A model generated the notes under the pieces. The model searched no databases. It had not been told where the DNA came from and saw nothing but the letters and a program-made list of their open reading frames with translations. Below are positions 44,871 through 53,768 of a stretch of 64,000 nt of DNA, piece after piece (positions within the stretch are counted from its first letter, which is position 1; every line of letters starts with the position of its first letter). Where the stretch lies: positions 32,001-96,000 of the forward strand of contig CAVSMN010000010.1 of assembly GCA_963729045.1 (NCBI GenBank). Direction: 5' to 3'. The translations under genes were made by a program, and so were the position numbers. This DNA is from an uncultured Nitrososphaeraceae archaeon. Its GTDB lineage: Archaea > Thermoproteota > Nitrososphaeria > Nitrososphaerales > Nitrososphaeraceae.

Positions 44871-45468
44871 CTACCCCATTTCCAGATGGAGTCCAATTAG
44901 GAGGTTTGATCCAAACATTGCCTTCATCATCAACCTCTAGATCTAACATTGGTAAGACATTAGAAGGTGGCGCTTGAAGTGCGGCAGGCCCTGCAAAAGC
45001 TTCCCCGGTCAAAGGATCGTACATTGACCCGTGGCATGGACATTCCCCACGTTTTCTGCCGTCTTCAGGCCAATATTTCCACAAGCACCATAAATGCAAG
45101 CAAACCATACTAAACATTCTGAAGGCAGATGCATCATTTTTTTCTCCTCCAAGTTCTGGTGGTAGCCTAATAAATTGCCAGGTTCTGAATGCTTCTTCAT
45201 TTAATACAGGATCTTCGGATAATGGAAAAACAACAGCTTCAGCATGATTTATTTTGAATGTATTGACATTTGCTTGACTTCCGTCAGGCAGAACCACCTT
45301 TGATCGCTCTCCGGTACTTTCTTTCGGATTAGGCAAAAATTTTCCCCAATCTACGAAAGGAGTAAAGGTCATAACTGTACCTGCGGCTGCAAGCAATTTT
45401 AAAAAATCTCTACGTGAAATCTTGCCTCCGTCAACTTTTGGAGGTTGTCGTTGAGACATTATATTCAA
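44845..45468 (-). CDS. petC: Rieske Fe-S subunit of complex III (Tat signal)
   Basis: SRRDFLK, CLHLWC, CPCHGS. Confidence 0.95.
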   Translation of the reverse strand: MNIMSQRQPPKVDGGKISRRDFLKLLAAAGTVMTFTPFVDWGKFLPNPKESTGERSKVVLPDGSQANVNTFKINHAEAVVFPLSEDPVLNEEAFRTWQFIRLPPELGGEKNDASAFRMFSMVCLHLWCLWKYWPEDGRKRGECPCHGSMYDPLTGEAFAGPAALQAPPSNVLPMLDLEVDDEGNVWIKPPNWTPSGNGVVGYGRFLT

Positions 45469-45679
45469 AAATGTGGAAAGATATCTTATAAATCTTTATT
45501 TAGATTTTATATATTCAACACCATGGTTTTTCACAAATAAATTTTTAATTGATTTTACTTTTTCCAAAAAGAAAAGAATGCTTAGCAGTAGCAAGCTTTA
45601 AAATTGTTAAATCAAAACAATTATACAAAAAAAGACTAGTGTTTGTAGAAATTCAATTACAATTACAATTACATATATT

Positions 45680-46717
45680 TTAGTTCACATCAAGTCTTAT
45701 TCTAATAATTCCATTTCTAGCAGAAACATTTGATACACGGAGAATGGTATTCGCTGGATGTGGAACAGGTATATCATATCTCTTGTTAGTATCAATAATA
45801 AGTAAGGATAAGCTGTTTATTGATTCATCAAAATTTGCTTGAACTTGAGAATCACTCAAAGTATTCCGATCTTCTACTATTACATCGATGAATTTCTCTC
45901 CGATTATGATTTCCGGAATAAAGGATTTTTCCAATTTATCTTCATCCATGGATTTTGAACGGTCATTTCTATTTGAGGAGTCGTTTGAAAAAGAGGGCGA
46001 GGATATAGAAGACCTTCGTCGATAATTTTGTGAAGGGTATTGTTTTTGTTTAGAAAACATATTCGAAAAGAACTTCCATCCAAAAGCTGTTGCCAAGCCG
46101 ATAATGAATCCGCCTATGTGAGCTAGATATGCAACTCCGCCTGATTGACCGATTAATGCAAATACTAGTTGCATTATGAACCAAAATGGAATGTACGCTA
46201 TTGCAGGAATTCTGACGGTAGTTATAAAAAATGCAAATATGATGGTATGAATCTTGGCATGAGGAAAGAAAACTAGATAAGCGCCTAAAACACCTGATAT
46301 TGCTCCGGATGCACCAATTGCGGGTATACTTCCTTCACCTGTGGCTACAGCGTAAATACTGTGTGCAAAACCAGCCATAACCCCCCAAAAAAGATACAGC
46401 ATCAAATACTTGAAATGACCAAAACGATCCTCTAAATTATCGCCAAAAACGTGAAGAAAGAACATGTTACCTAAAAGATGTGCTATGCCTCCATGCATGA
46501 ACATTGAACTAAAAAGTGATCCCAGGTTTTGACCCGAAAGAATCAAATCTGGAATAGAACCATAGTTGTAAAATAATGCAATAACTGCGGATCTATTTGA
46601 AAAGTTAGAAGTTACAATGACTTCATAAATAAAAATGACAATATTCATGCCAATCAGACCATAGTTTACATATGGCCGTCCATTTAATCGAGGAGTATCA
46701 TCATGAATTGGGAACAT
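45680..46717 (-). CDS. rhomboid serine protease with a soluble C-terminal domain
   Basis: HGGIAHLLGNM, GASGA, AHIGG. Confidence 0.93.
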   Translation of the reverse strand: MFPIHDDTPRLNGRPYVNYGLIGMNIVIFIYEVIVTSNFSNRSAVIALFYNYGSIPDLILSGQNLGSLFSSMFMHGGIAHLLGNMFFLHVFGDNLEDRFGHFKYLMLYLFWGVMAGFAHSIYAVATGEGSIPAIGASGAISGVLGAYLVFFPHAKIHTIIFAFFITTVRIPAIAYIPFWFIMQLVFALIGQSGGVAYLAHIGGFIIGLATAFGWKFFSNMFSKQKQYPSQNYRRRSSISSPSFSNDSSNRNDRSKSMDEDKLEKSFIPEIIIGEKFIDVIVEDRNTLSDSQVQANFDESINSLSLLIIDTNKRYDIPVPHPANTILRVSNVSARNGIIRIRLDVN

Positions 46718-46764
46718 AATTAAAGCAGGTTGTCAATCATAAAATAGAAAAATATTTGTGTTTC

Positions 46765-46965
46765 TCATGTACCAAAAGGGTTGAAATTAGGCATATCGCT
46801 ATTCGTTTCACTATGAGCTTTTCTAATATGTCGTCTTAGCCGATCATCTTCTTCGAATATCATGTCACAATATTTGCATTTCTTTTTATTACCATCGTCC
46901 TCATTTTTTTTATTTTTATCCTTTGTATTTTTTTTATCTGTATTTTTTTTAGAAAATAATTTCAC
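46765..46965 (-). CDS. C2H2 zinc-finger protein
   Basis: CKYCDMIFEEDDRLRRHIRKAH. Confidence 0.8.
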   Translation of the reverse strand: MKLFSKKNTDKKNTKDKNKKNEDDGNKKKCKYCDMIFEEDDRLRRHIRKAHSETNSDMPNFNPFGT

Positions 46966-47060
46966 AATTATTTACAAAATGAGGATATAAATTAAAGTTG
47001 CTATTAACATCTTTTACCAAAATTCTACCAAACTAGAATAAAAGAATGAGTGGAATTTGA

Positions 47061-47291
47061 TTACTCCATTACTATCATAGTCAAAGTAGACTTTACCCCA
47101 TTCAGCTTTCTTAGCTTCCATGTTATAGTTTCTTTCACTTTATCCATGCTTTCGCCCTCTACTAAAGCTACTATATCATAGACACCATATACCTGATAAA
47201 CATGTTTTACTAAATCTATTTTTTTTAATTCATTAACAATTGATTCCTCACTACCCAATTCTGCATTCATAAGCACAAAAGCTTCTGGCAT
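47061..47291 (-). CDS. Lrp/AsnC ligand-binding domain protein
   Basis: AFVLMN..VYGVYDIVA..LRKLNGVKSTLT. Confidence 0.92.
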   Translation of the reverse strand: MPEAFVLMNAELGSEESIVNELKKIDLVKHVYQVYGVYDIVALVEGESMDKVKETITWKLRKLNGVKSTLTMIVME

Positions 47292-47369
47292 ATACCAGAT
47301 AACTACCTATAACAAATATAAAAATGTGATTTAGATTCGAATTTATTAGTTCAATTGAATTTCAGAATA

Positions 47370-48179
47370 CTAGATTTCTGGACTTAATTTTGATTCATCA
47401 AATAATTTAGCCCTGGCCCATTCATAATCAAAAAAGTCTTCACACCACTCATGAAATGAGGTATCTTGGCTATAAAACATAATATTAAGATCAGGTTCCC
47501 CCTTTAGAGTCGGAAAGGATATGCAGGATTCTTTTTCATTAAATATCGTCACTATGTTTGTTTTATCCATCATTCGACGTTCTACAATTCCCTTAGACAC
47601 AAGATTTTTCCATCCAAGTTTTTTTAATAGTTCATTTCTTCCCTTGGGAATCACAACATCAGCCGGGAAGATATAACAGAATTTGACATTATTATTCACT
47701 CTTTCAGCTATGGTTTCTATCAAATCGATTGGAACTTGAGAGATGACCTCCTTGATATAGTCTTGAGAGTTGTGGTAAACAGCCTTCCATCGTTGAAGAA
47801 CAGCCATTACACCCACGACCACCTCACAATTGTTCAAAGAACCAATTCTCTGAATGAATTTTAAAGGTAGGTTACTAAGTGTATGTTCTTGGAAATAGTC
47901 TTTGTGTTTAAATGGGAAGTTGAAGTTTGGAATAAGAGAAACAATAATCTCACCATACGGAGTCAATAATAATTCGCCTTCTCCTGTTTTTTTCACAAGT
48001 TTTGAATCAATTAATCGGTTAATATTACGATGTGATTCCTGCATAGTGGCATTTAGATCCGTTGCCAGCTGAGATAAGCGATAGGGTTTTATGGATAATT
48101 TCATGAGCATGTATATCCGCAGGTCCCCTGCAAGTTCAAAGAAAACTGATTGAAAGTCATCGTCGGCCTGGCTGAGCAT
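47370..48179 (-). CDS. ArsR-like wHTH regulator with a DUF1724-like C-terminal domain
   Basis: FFELAGDLR..ATMQESHRNINRL..LTPYG; FHEWCEDFFDYEW. Confidence 0.85.
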   Translation of the reverse strand: MLSQADDDFQSVFFELAGDLRIYMLMKLSIKPYRLSQLATDLNATMQESHRNINRLIDSKLVKKTGEGELLLTPYGEIIVSLIPNFNFPFKHKDYFQEHTLSNLPLKFIQRIGSLNNCEVVVGVMAVLQRWKAVYHNSQDYIKEVISQVPIDLIETIAERVNNNVKFCYIFPADVVIPKGRNELLKKLGWKNLVSKGIVERRMMDKTNIVTIFNEKESCISFPTLKGEPDLNIMFYSQDTSFHEWCEDFFDYEWARAKLFDESKLSPEI

Positions 48180-48291
48180 ACGTTAAATTGAGAGAACTGG
48201 AATTTAAACTTGATAATTTAAATGAAGTAAACCTACGTAGGGTATAAAACAAAACGTTTTAATTGGTTTTGGTAATGATAAAATTTGAAGT

Positions 48292-48390
48292 GCCCGGGTA
48301 GTATAGAAATGCATTAATTGCATTGTAAAGTCCGGTCCAGTATGGGGGACTGTCACTCCCTTGACCCGGGTTCGAATCCCGGCCCGGGCG
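48292..48390 (+). tRNA. tRNA-Asp(GTC) with a 24-nt non-canonical D-loop intron (about 48307-48330)
   Basis: Spliced GCCCGGGTAGTATAG/TCCGGTCCAGTATGGGGGACTGTCACTCCCTTGACCCGGGTTCGAATCCCGGCCCGGGCG; anticodon at 48352-48354. Confidence 0.92.
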
Positions 48391-48747
48391 CTTTATAGGA
48401 TTCTTGTTTCCTCCTCAGAATTTACCTCATTACTAATAGTAAGGTTCTTGATAATAGGACGTTATGAAAGGTCGATATTAAATTAGTAATTTTGATAGCA
48501 CCGTATATTTAGAAGTTTTTTGAATTCGTGCTATCAGTTGTTAAATAATATTTAACAATAGTATCAATGAACTTACACAAGAGGAACTTTGTTACAGATA
48601 TCAAAATTTTTAGGGTTCTTACAAAATAAACCATTCTGCGGAAAGTTAAGTCTAGAGAATACTGAACACAGACAGCCAGGATAATTACAAATAACCATGA
48701 ATTGACCAAAGCTAGTCTTAGTCAATTCTTAGATTTTGGATTTGGTT

Positions 48748-49017
48748 TTAGGATGGAATGGATGGATTCTTTTTGTCCGTCTTGGCATACCATCCATAGA
48801 GCGATACAGCCCATCCAACAATAATTAACATGATAGAGACAACTTCTGCATCTACCATCGGATTTCGGAATTCTACTTCATTAGGAGGAGATTGTATATT
48901 ATATTCCGTATCAGGTATAGCATCTTGAATTACAACAGGAGATGTAATCGATACCCCTATTACCCCAACCACTACCATGATTAAACCAGCTATTAATATT
49001 GGTTTATAACTGACCAT
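48748..49017 (-). CDS. two-TM membrane protein
   Basis: Two hydrophobic segments; TATA upstream. Confidence 0.65.
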   Translation of the reverse strand: MVSYKPILIAGLIMVVVGVIGVSITSPVVIQDAIPDTEYNIQSPPNEVEFRNPMVDAEVVSIMLIIVGWAVSLYGWYAKTDKKNPSIPS

Positions 49018-49846
49018 GCAAAGAACTACATTTTTTCCTATATAAATATAACTCTATTTTAATGGAGATAGTTAGAAAAAGTCTTACAACCAGATGCCAG
49101 CTACTTTATATCTAACGATCGAATGACCAATCAACAATAAAATATAGAAAATGCAATATATGTTGGTCAATTGCTCTTTACAGCCTAGAAAAAACATTAT
49201 AAGAATATTTTGATAATATTAGAAAAGTGAACCTGATTATTTTATATCTAACATATATAACGCTTTCAGAAGAATCATCCGATTTGAATTTCTACAAATA
49301 GAATTAGGAATTTTTTTTCAAGATATCCGATATCACGCGTAAGCGCAGTTGTCCAAAAAAAACATCAACAGTGACACAACGTAGTCAAACTATTTCATAC
49401 TCGGCTTCCTAAAGTCACCAATTACAATAAACTTCTCCATTAATCAAGTTTTTTTATCAATCCAATATCTGCAATATCATTTTTTGAACCCGTTGGATTT
49501 TCAGAATATGATCTACTCCATTAAAACGTAAATCAAATACCAAAATCTAAAGTTACTTTCTTATGTCATTTTTCTATTTATTGTCATTAGATCAATCGTG
49601 TTTTATTGATAGGAACATCAAAATGGTCAAATAATACTGTACAAAATATTGATAGTTATCAAAGTAACATCTACAGCTAAATTTTTCTGGATATTATATT
49701 TTTTACTACTGAAATTATAGTAATTCAACGTTTAAATAAACCGCATGTATGGACATTTGATATATTCTCTAGGACACTTTTATTATTGTTTTTTCTAGGA
49801 ATCACATTTATCAATAATTTCAAAGTTTATTTATTGTTCTTGTACT

Positions 49847-50017
49847 ATGATGTCTATGGACAATAATGATGAGAAAAATGGGGAAACATTGGATAGCGAC
49901 AAATTAAAAAAAGAAATGCTTAAACCTATAACCAAATCAAAAACTGAAGTAGACGAAGAATTAAAGGAGCTAGAAGTAGAAAGTTCGGGTGGTGGAAAAG
50001 ACGGTGGAGGAGGGTAA
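49847..50017 (+). CDS. small charged protein with a Gly-rich C-terminus (56 aa, below the ORF-track cutoff)
   Basis: MMSMDNNDEKNGETLDSDKLKKEMLKPITKSKTEVDEELKELEVESSGGGKDGGGG*. Confidence 0.6.
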   Translation: MMSMDNNDEKNGETLDSDKLKKEMLKPITKSKTEVDEELKELEVESSGGGKDGGGG

Positions 50018-50332
50018 GAAAATCAAGCCTACTAATGAAATGAGAAGAGTGGCAGTACATGATCATGGTCGTTTAGCAGGTATCCTTTTTTCGCCTAACA
50101 AATCGATTAGTTTTTTCTCATTTGGAGTTGAATTTGTCAATACTATTTCAGTAATTCCTGCATTTTCAAAACTGGACAACTTTTTGACACCATAGTCGTT
50201 TGTGATCTGAAACATTCACTTTTTCAATATATCGTCTTCTATGATTATCCAATCAGGTTTGTTGTACTAACGGGAATCTTACCCAATTTAAACCACATTT
50301 TATTATCAATCTACTTAATGGTAACAACAATA

Positions 50333-50731
50333 TTAGTTTTTGATTTGTTTATTGGGTCGTCTGTTCACTAAATCAACTGCTAATTCATTTAGCTTAGATA
50401 ACTTAAATGGTTTAATCAACAATTTAATGTTTTTAGCAACGAATTTTTTCTCACTATTAAAAGATTGTTTAACTGAATCATACGCAGAAATGATTAGAAT
50501 GGATGCAAATGGATACTTTCCAAAAATCTCATTTGCCGCTTCAAGCCCGTTCTTACCATCTGGAAGTTTGTAATCCAAAATAACAAGATCGGGTTTAAAC
50601 TCTTCATAGTCACCCAGAACATTTGAAGCGGTCGTGTTTGTAACAGAAATGTGATATCCCTTGTTTATTAGAAAATCTTTATATAAATTTAACAAATCCT
50701 GCTCATCTTCAATGATCATTATCTTTATCAC
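50333..50731 (-). CDS. stand-alone response regulator receiver
   Basis: IMIIEDE, VILDYKLP, ISAY, IKPF. Confidence 0.92.
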   Translation of the reverse strand: MIKIMIIEDEQDLLNLYKDFLINKGYHISVTNTTASNVLGDYEEFKPDLVILDYKLPDGKNGLEAANEIFGKYPFASILIISAYDSVKQSFNSEKKFVAKNIKLLIKPFKLSKLNELAVDLVNRRPNKQIKN

Positions 50732-51050
50732 TTCTGTAAGATATCAAGTACAACATACATTAATAAATTCTAATGTTTATGTTTTATAGATATATTCTAA
50801 TCTCAGATTCGGTTTAAATAGTCAAGATTAAAAATATTTATCCATCAACTCATCTTAAATGATTCCATAATTCTGCAGCCATTAGTATCAATATACGTTT
50901 ACTATTCATTTCTGACTAACATTTCAACTGCAAATCACATTTCAGAAAATTATGAATACATTATACGATCCTGACAAAAACGAGGTATTCTGTCAAAATG
51001 CGCATTCAGAATAAAACACACAGGTTTTGGTAAATTCTTACAATTTCTAC

Positions 51051-51284
51051 TTATTGTTTATATTTAGGGGCGTCTTGCTCAGAGACGGTAAAATGTAAAT
51101 TATGTCCATCAAAATTAGAAACTAATGTTTTAGGTATCATATATTTAGTTTTGTCAACTACACCTCTTTCTGCAATAATATAGTCTTCACTAATTTCTTG
51201 GACCTCCCCTAAATCATAATCATTAATCCCTCTTGCTTCCTTTTTAATTACATCTGACCAGTTTATATCCAGATTGCCCGACAT
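51051..51284 (-). CDS. stand-alone PRC-barrel-like domain protein
   Basis: INWSDVIKKEARGINDYDLGEVQE..YMIPK..FDG, very similar to the N-terminus of 15709..16392. Confidence 0.88.
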   Translation of the reverse strand: MSGNLDINWSDVIKKEARGINDYDLGEVQEISEDYIIAERGVVDKTKYMIPKTLVSNFDGHNLHFTVSEQDAPKYKQ

Positions 51285-51743
51285 ACAATTTCATATAAAA
51301 CAAGTTTTAAATAGATCATATAATTGGATAAATGTTTTCTTGATTATTTCGAAGGAAGATAAATCTATGCTCAGATAGCGGGCCATATTTTTTATATGAC
51401 TCCATATCGAATTAACTAAAGATGTTTTCATACAGATTTTTATAGATAATAAGGCACTGGAATAAAGAATATTTTTACTATGATATTGGCTATCGTCGAG
51501 TATTAATACAGACCCTTAATGATTCAGAAGGGAATTTCTGCAATAATAACAATATAATACCCATAATAATCCAAAAAATATTCTATGGTATAATTCTCGA
51601 GGTGTACTAACTTAATTATTCGGATCGTTAAGATCAAAAATGACATGAATATCCTATTATTTTGGAGTCATTTTCGACTCATCTAGACGAGACTTGGATT
51701 TCTAGCAATAAATATAATAACTTCAGATACAATAATAGATCGG

Positions 51744-52025
51744 TTGAACACAGAAAAAGAAAGTAATGTTCCTACACCTGCTGCCTCAAAATCTGTGGAA
51801 TATGTTCTTTTAGATGGGTTTATAAACGAATTATGGGAAGTTGACTATGAAAATGGAATTGCATTAAATGTCACAGAGATAATAAAAGCAGAATTGGCAG
51901 GAAACGTAATAAAGTATTCCGGCAAGATCGAAGATTTCCTATCAAATGAAAGAGGTTTCAAGAAACTTCACTTTCATGAATCCGTCAACTTTCCTATGCG
52001 AGTACATTTTGAGACTTTAAAGTAA
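51744..52025 (+). CDS. hypothetical protein
   Basis: 93-aa ORF, TATA upstream. Confidence 0.6.
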   Translation: MNTEKESNVPTPAASKSVEYVLLDGFINELWEVDYENGIALNVTEIIKAELAGNVIKYSGKIEDFLSNERGFKKLHFHESVNFPMRVHFETLK

Positions 52026-52187
52026 TTAACAATAATCAATATCTATTTAAAATATTGCATCCATAGTTATACTACATATTAGATATTTAGATTAAAGGTC
52101 TAAAAGATAATGGTTATTTAAACGTGTTTTATCGCAACAAAAAATAGGATTTTTGAAAATTATGATGATTCAAAAAAAAGGAAATTA

Positions 52188-52630
52188 TTATTGTCCGAAT
52201 GGTGCCTGTAATTCAGCTCCACCATATGTACCTGCTGCATTAGGGTCAGCATCATCAACTGGTTCTTCAGTTATAATAAATTGTGTATAGGTATAAGGAT
52301 TTACCATGTTATCTGAGACTTTCAAGACTATTTCCATCAAGTGAACCTAAGCTTAACTTGTAGTTAGATCCGTCTGCGTCAACCAGCCATGCTTCAAAGA
52401 CTTTATCCTGTTTAGGCGTTGCAGTCATATTTACTGAAATATCTAATGTTTTATTTTGGGTATCGATTGAGAGTGTCCCTATCTTTTCTGTACCAAATCC
52501 AGGACCAGGATCTTTAGCTTTATTAATATCCATAGTCATGGGTTCGGCATTGGCTCGATTGTAAACCAAGAGTCATTGAAAATATAGTTGCAATCACAAT
52601 TCCAAATAACGATATATTTATTTTAGACAT
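52188..52630 (-). CDS. secreted protein with an RskA C-terminal-like (anti-sigma-K) domain, frameshifted
   Basis: ATG52630, signal-like SLFGIVIATIFSMTLG; VFEAWLVDADGSNYKLSLG/MVNPYTYTQFIITEEPVDDADP..GGAEL. Confidence 0.7.
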
Positions 52631-52816
52631 TGTAAAGATCTATTGTTCAAACTATAAATAGTTGATATAAAGAAAGAACACAAATATGTTTATCTAAAGA
52701 ATCTAAAAAAGAATTCCCCATATGGGAATTACAATCTGATGCTCAACCGAGGTTACCATATAGAGTACCAACAAGACAATTCTAGGAAAAATGAGATGAT
52801 ATGTTATATAAAATAT

Positions 52817-53023
52817 CTAAATATCTTTTACTTCTTCCTTTAACTTTTCTTCTTTGTATTCGGTGTCAAGGTCGGTGTTTGGATCTTTTATTTTGTTTCC
52901 TATGGCTTTAGCACCAGCTTTTATTTTATCTCCTGCTTCATCAAAGCCTTCTTCGACATGATCTGCGGTATCTCTCACATCCTGTTCGACGTCATCTTTT
53001 CTGTTAATAGGTTCTTCTGACAT
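52817..53023 (-). CDS. small acidic LEA/CsbD-like hydrophilin
   Basis: DEAGDKIKAGAKAIGNKIKDPNTDLDTEYKEEK; paralogue of 22314..22535. Confidence 0.85.
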   Translation of the reverse strand: MSEEPINRKDDVEQDVRDTADHVEEGFDEAGDKIKAGAKAIGNKIKDPNTDLDTEYKEEKLKEEVKDI

Positions 53024-53111
53024 TACAACTTCTTGTGTAACAAAGTTTTTATTTATCCATAAAAATCGACTGGCAAGATTTGTTTTTCCTTTTACGAGAT
53101 CACAGATCTAT

Positions 53112-53648
53112 TTATTCCGATACTCTTATCTTTATTTTTACAGAGTACTCGGTAATATCTATTTCAGCAACTATTCCCAAAGTTTGTTTGAGCAATGATC
53201 TAAAAAATCCTGACAGAAACTTTGAACCCTTCCCTTCCAATCTATGTCTAATTACAATTATTTTGTACTCACCGGTAATCAATTCATCGTAAGTTCCAAT
53301 ATATCCATAAGTGCATACTATTTTTTCAATATATTCCAAAACACCATTAAATGTGATATCTTTTTTCCAAAATAGTATAGTATCATTTGGAATATCTTTG
53401 CCCATTTCAAGGCCAAAGTTATATGCATCATCGTCATTTAAACGACATAATAAAGACTTGAAAACTTCACGATTTACAATAAGCATGTCCAATTTTGATT
53501 GAAACCTCGTAAATTCAGCATACTGCTTAAGGACTGAATTAATCATAGCATTTACAGATATACCCATTCGCTCTGCCTCTGCATTTAGAATTTCAGAAAG
53601 GGATTTATCAATACGAAAGGATCTGACAGTAGACGATGGGCCATCCAT
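53112..53648 (-). CDS. ribbon-helix-helix protein with a C-terminal ligand-binding-like domain
   Basis: TVRSFRIDKSLSEILNAEAERMGISVNAMINSVLKQY RHH pattern; IRHRLEGKGSKFL in the C-terminal domain. Confidence 0.75.
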   Translation of the reverse strand: MDGPSSTVRSFRIDKSLSEILNAEAERMGISVNAMINSVLKQYAEFTRFQSKLDMLIVNREVFKSLLCRLNDDDAYNFGLEMGKDIPNDTILFWKKDITFNGVLEYIEKIVCTYGYIGTYDELITGEYKIIVIRHRLEGKGSKFLSGFFRSLLKQTLGIVAEIDITEYSVKIKIRVSE

Positions 53649-53678
53649 GATATTATTTAGTACTCATACCTTAAAACC

Positions 53679-53708
53679 GTAACTATTTGTAACCATTTGT
53701 AATCGAAA
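53679..53708. promoter_or_regulatory. three 10-bp phased repeats in the divergent RHH/TFB promoter
   Basis: GTAACTATTT GTAACCATTT GTAATCGAAA. Confidence 0.55.
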
Positions 53709-53768
53709 TAAGAGAAATGTGACATAGTATACATAGATGTCTTATATCCTGCAACATAACATCCATCG

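Noticed and set aside
45653..45673. CAATTA microsatellite
   Set aside because: Simple repeat in AT-rich intergenic DNA
52712..52730. Near-palindrome AATTCCCCATATGGGAATT
   Set aside because: Single occurrence; cannot distinguish operator, terminator or chance
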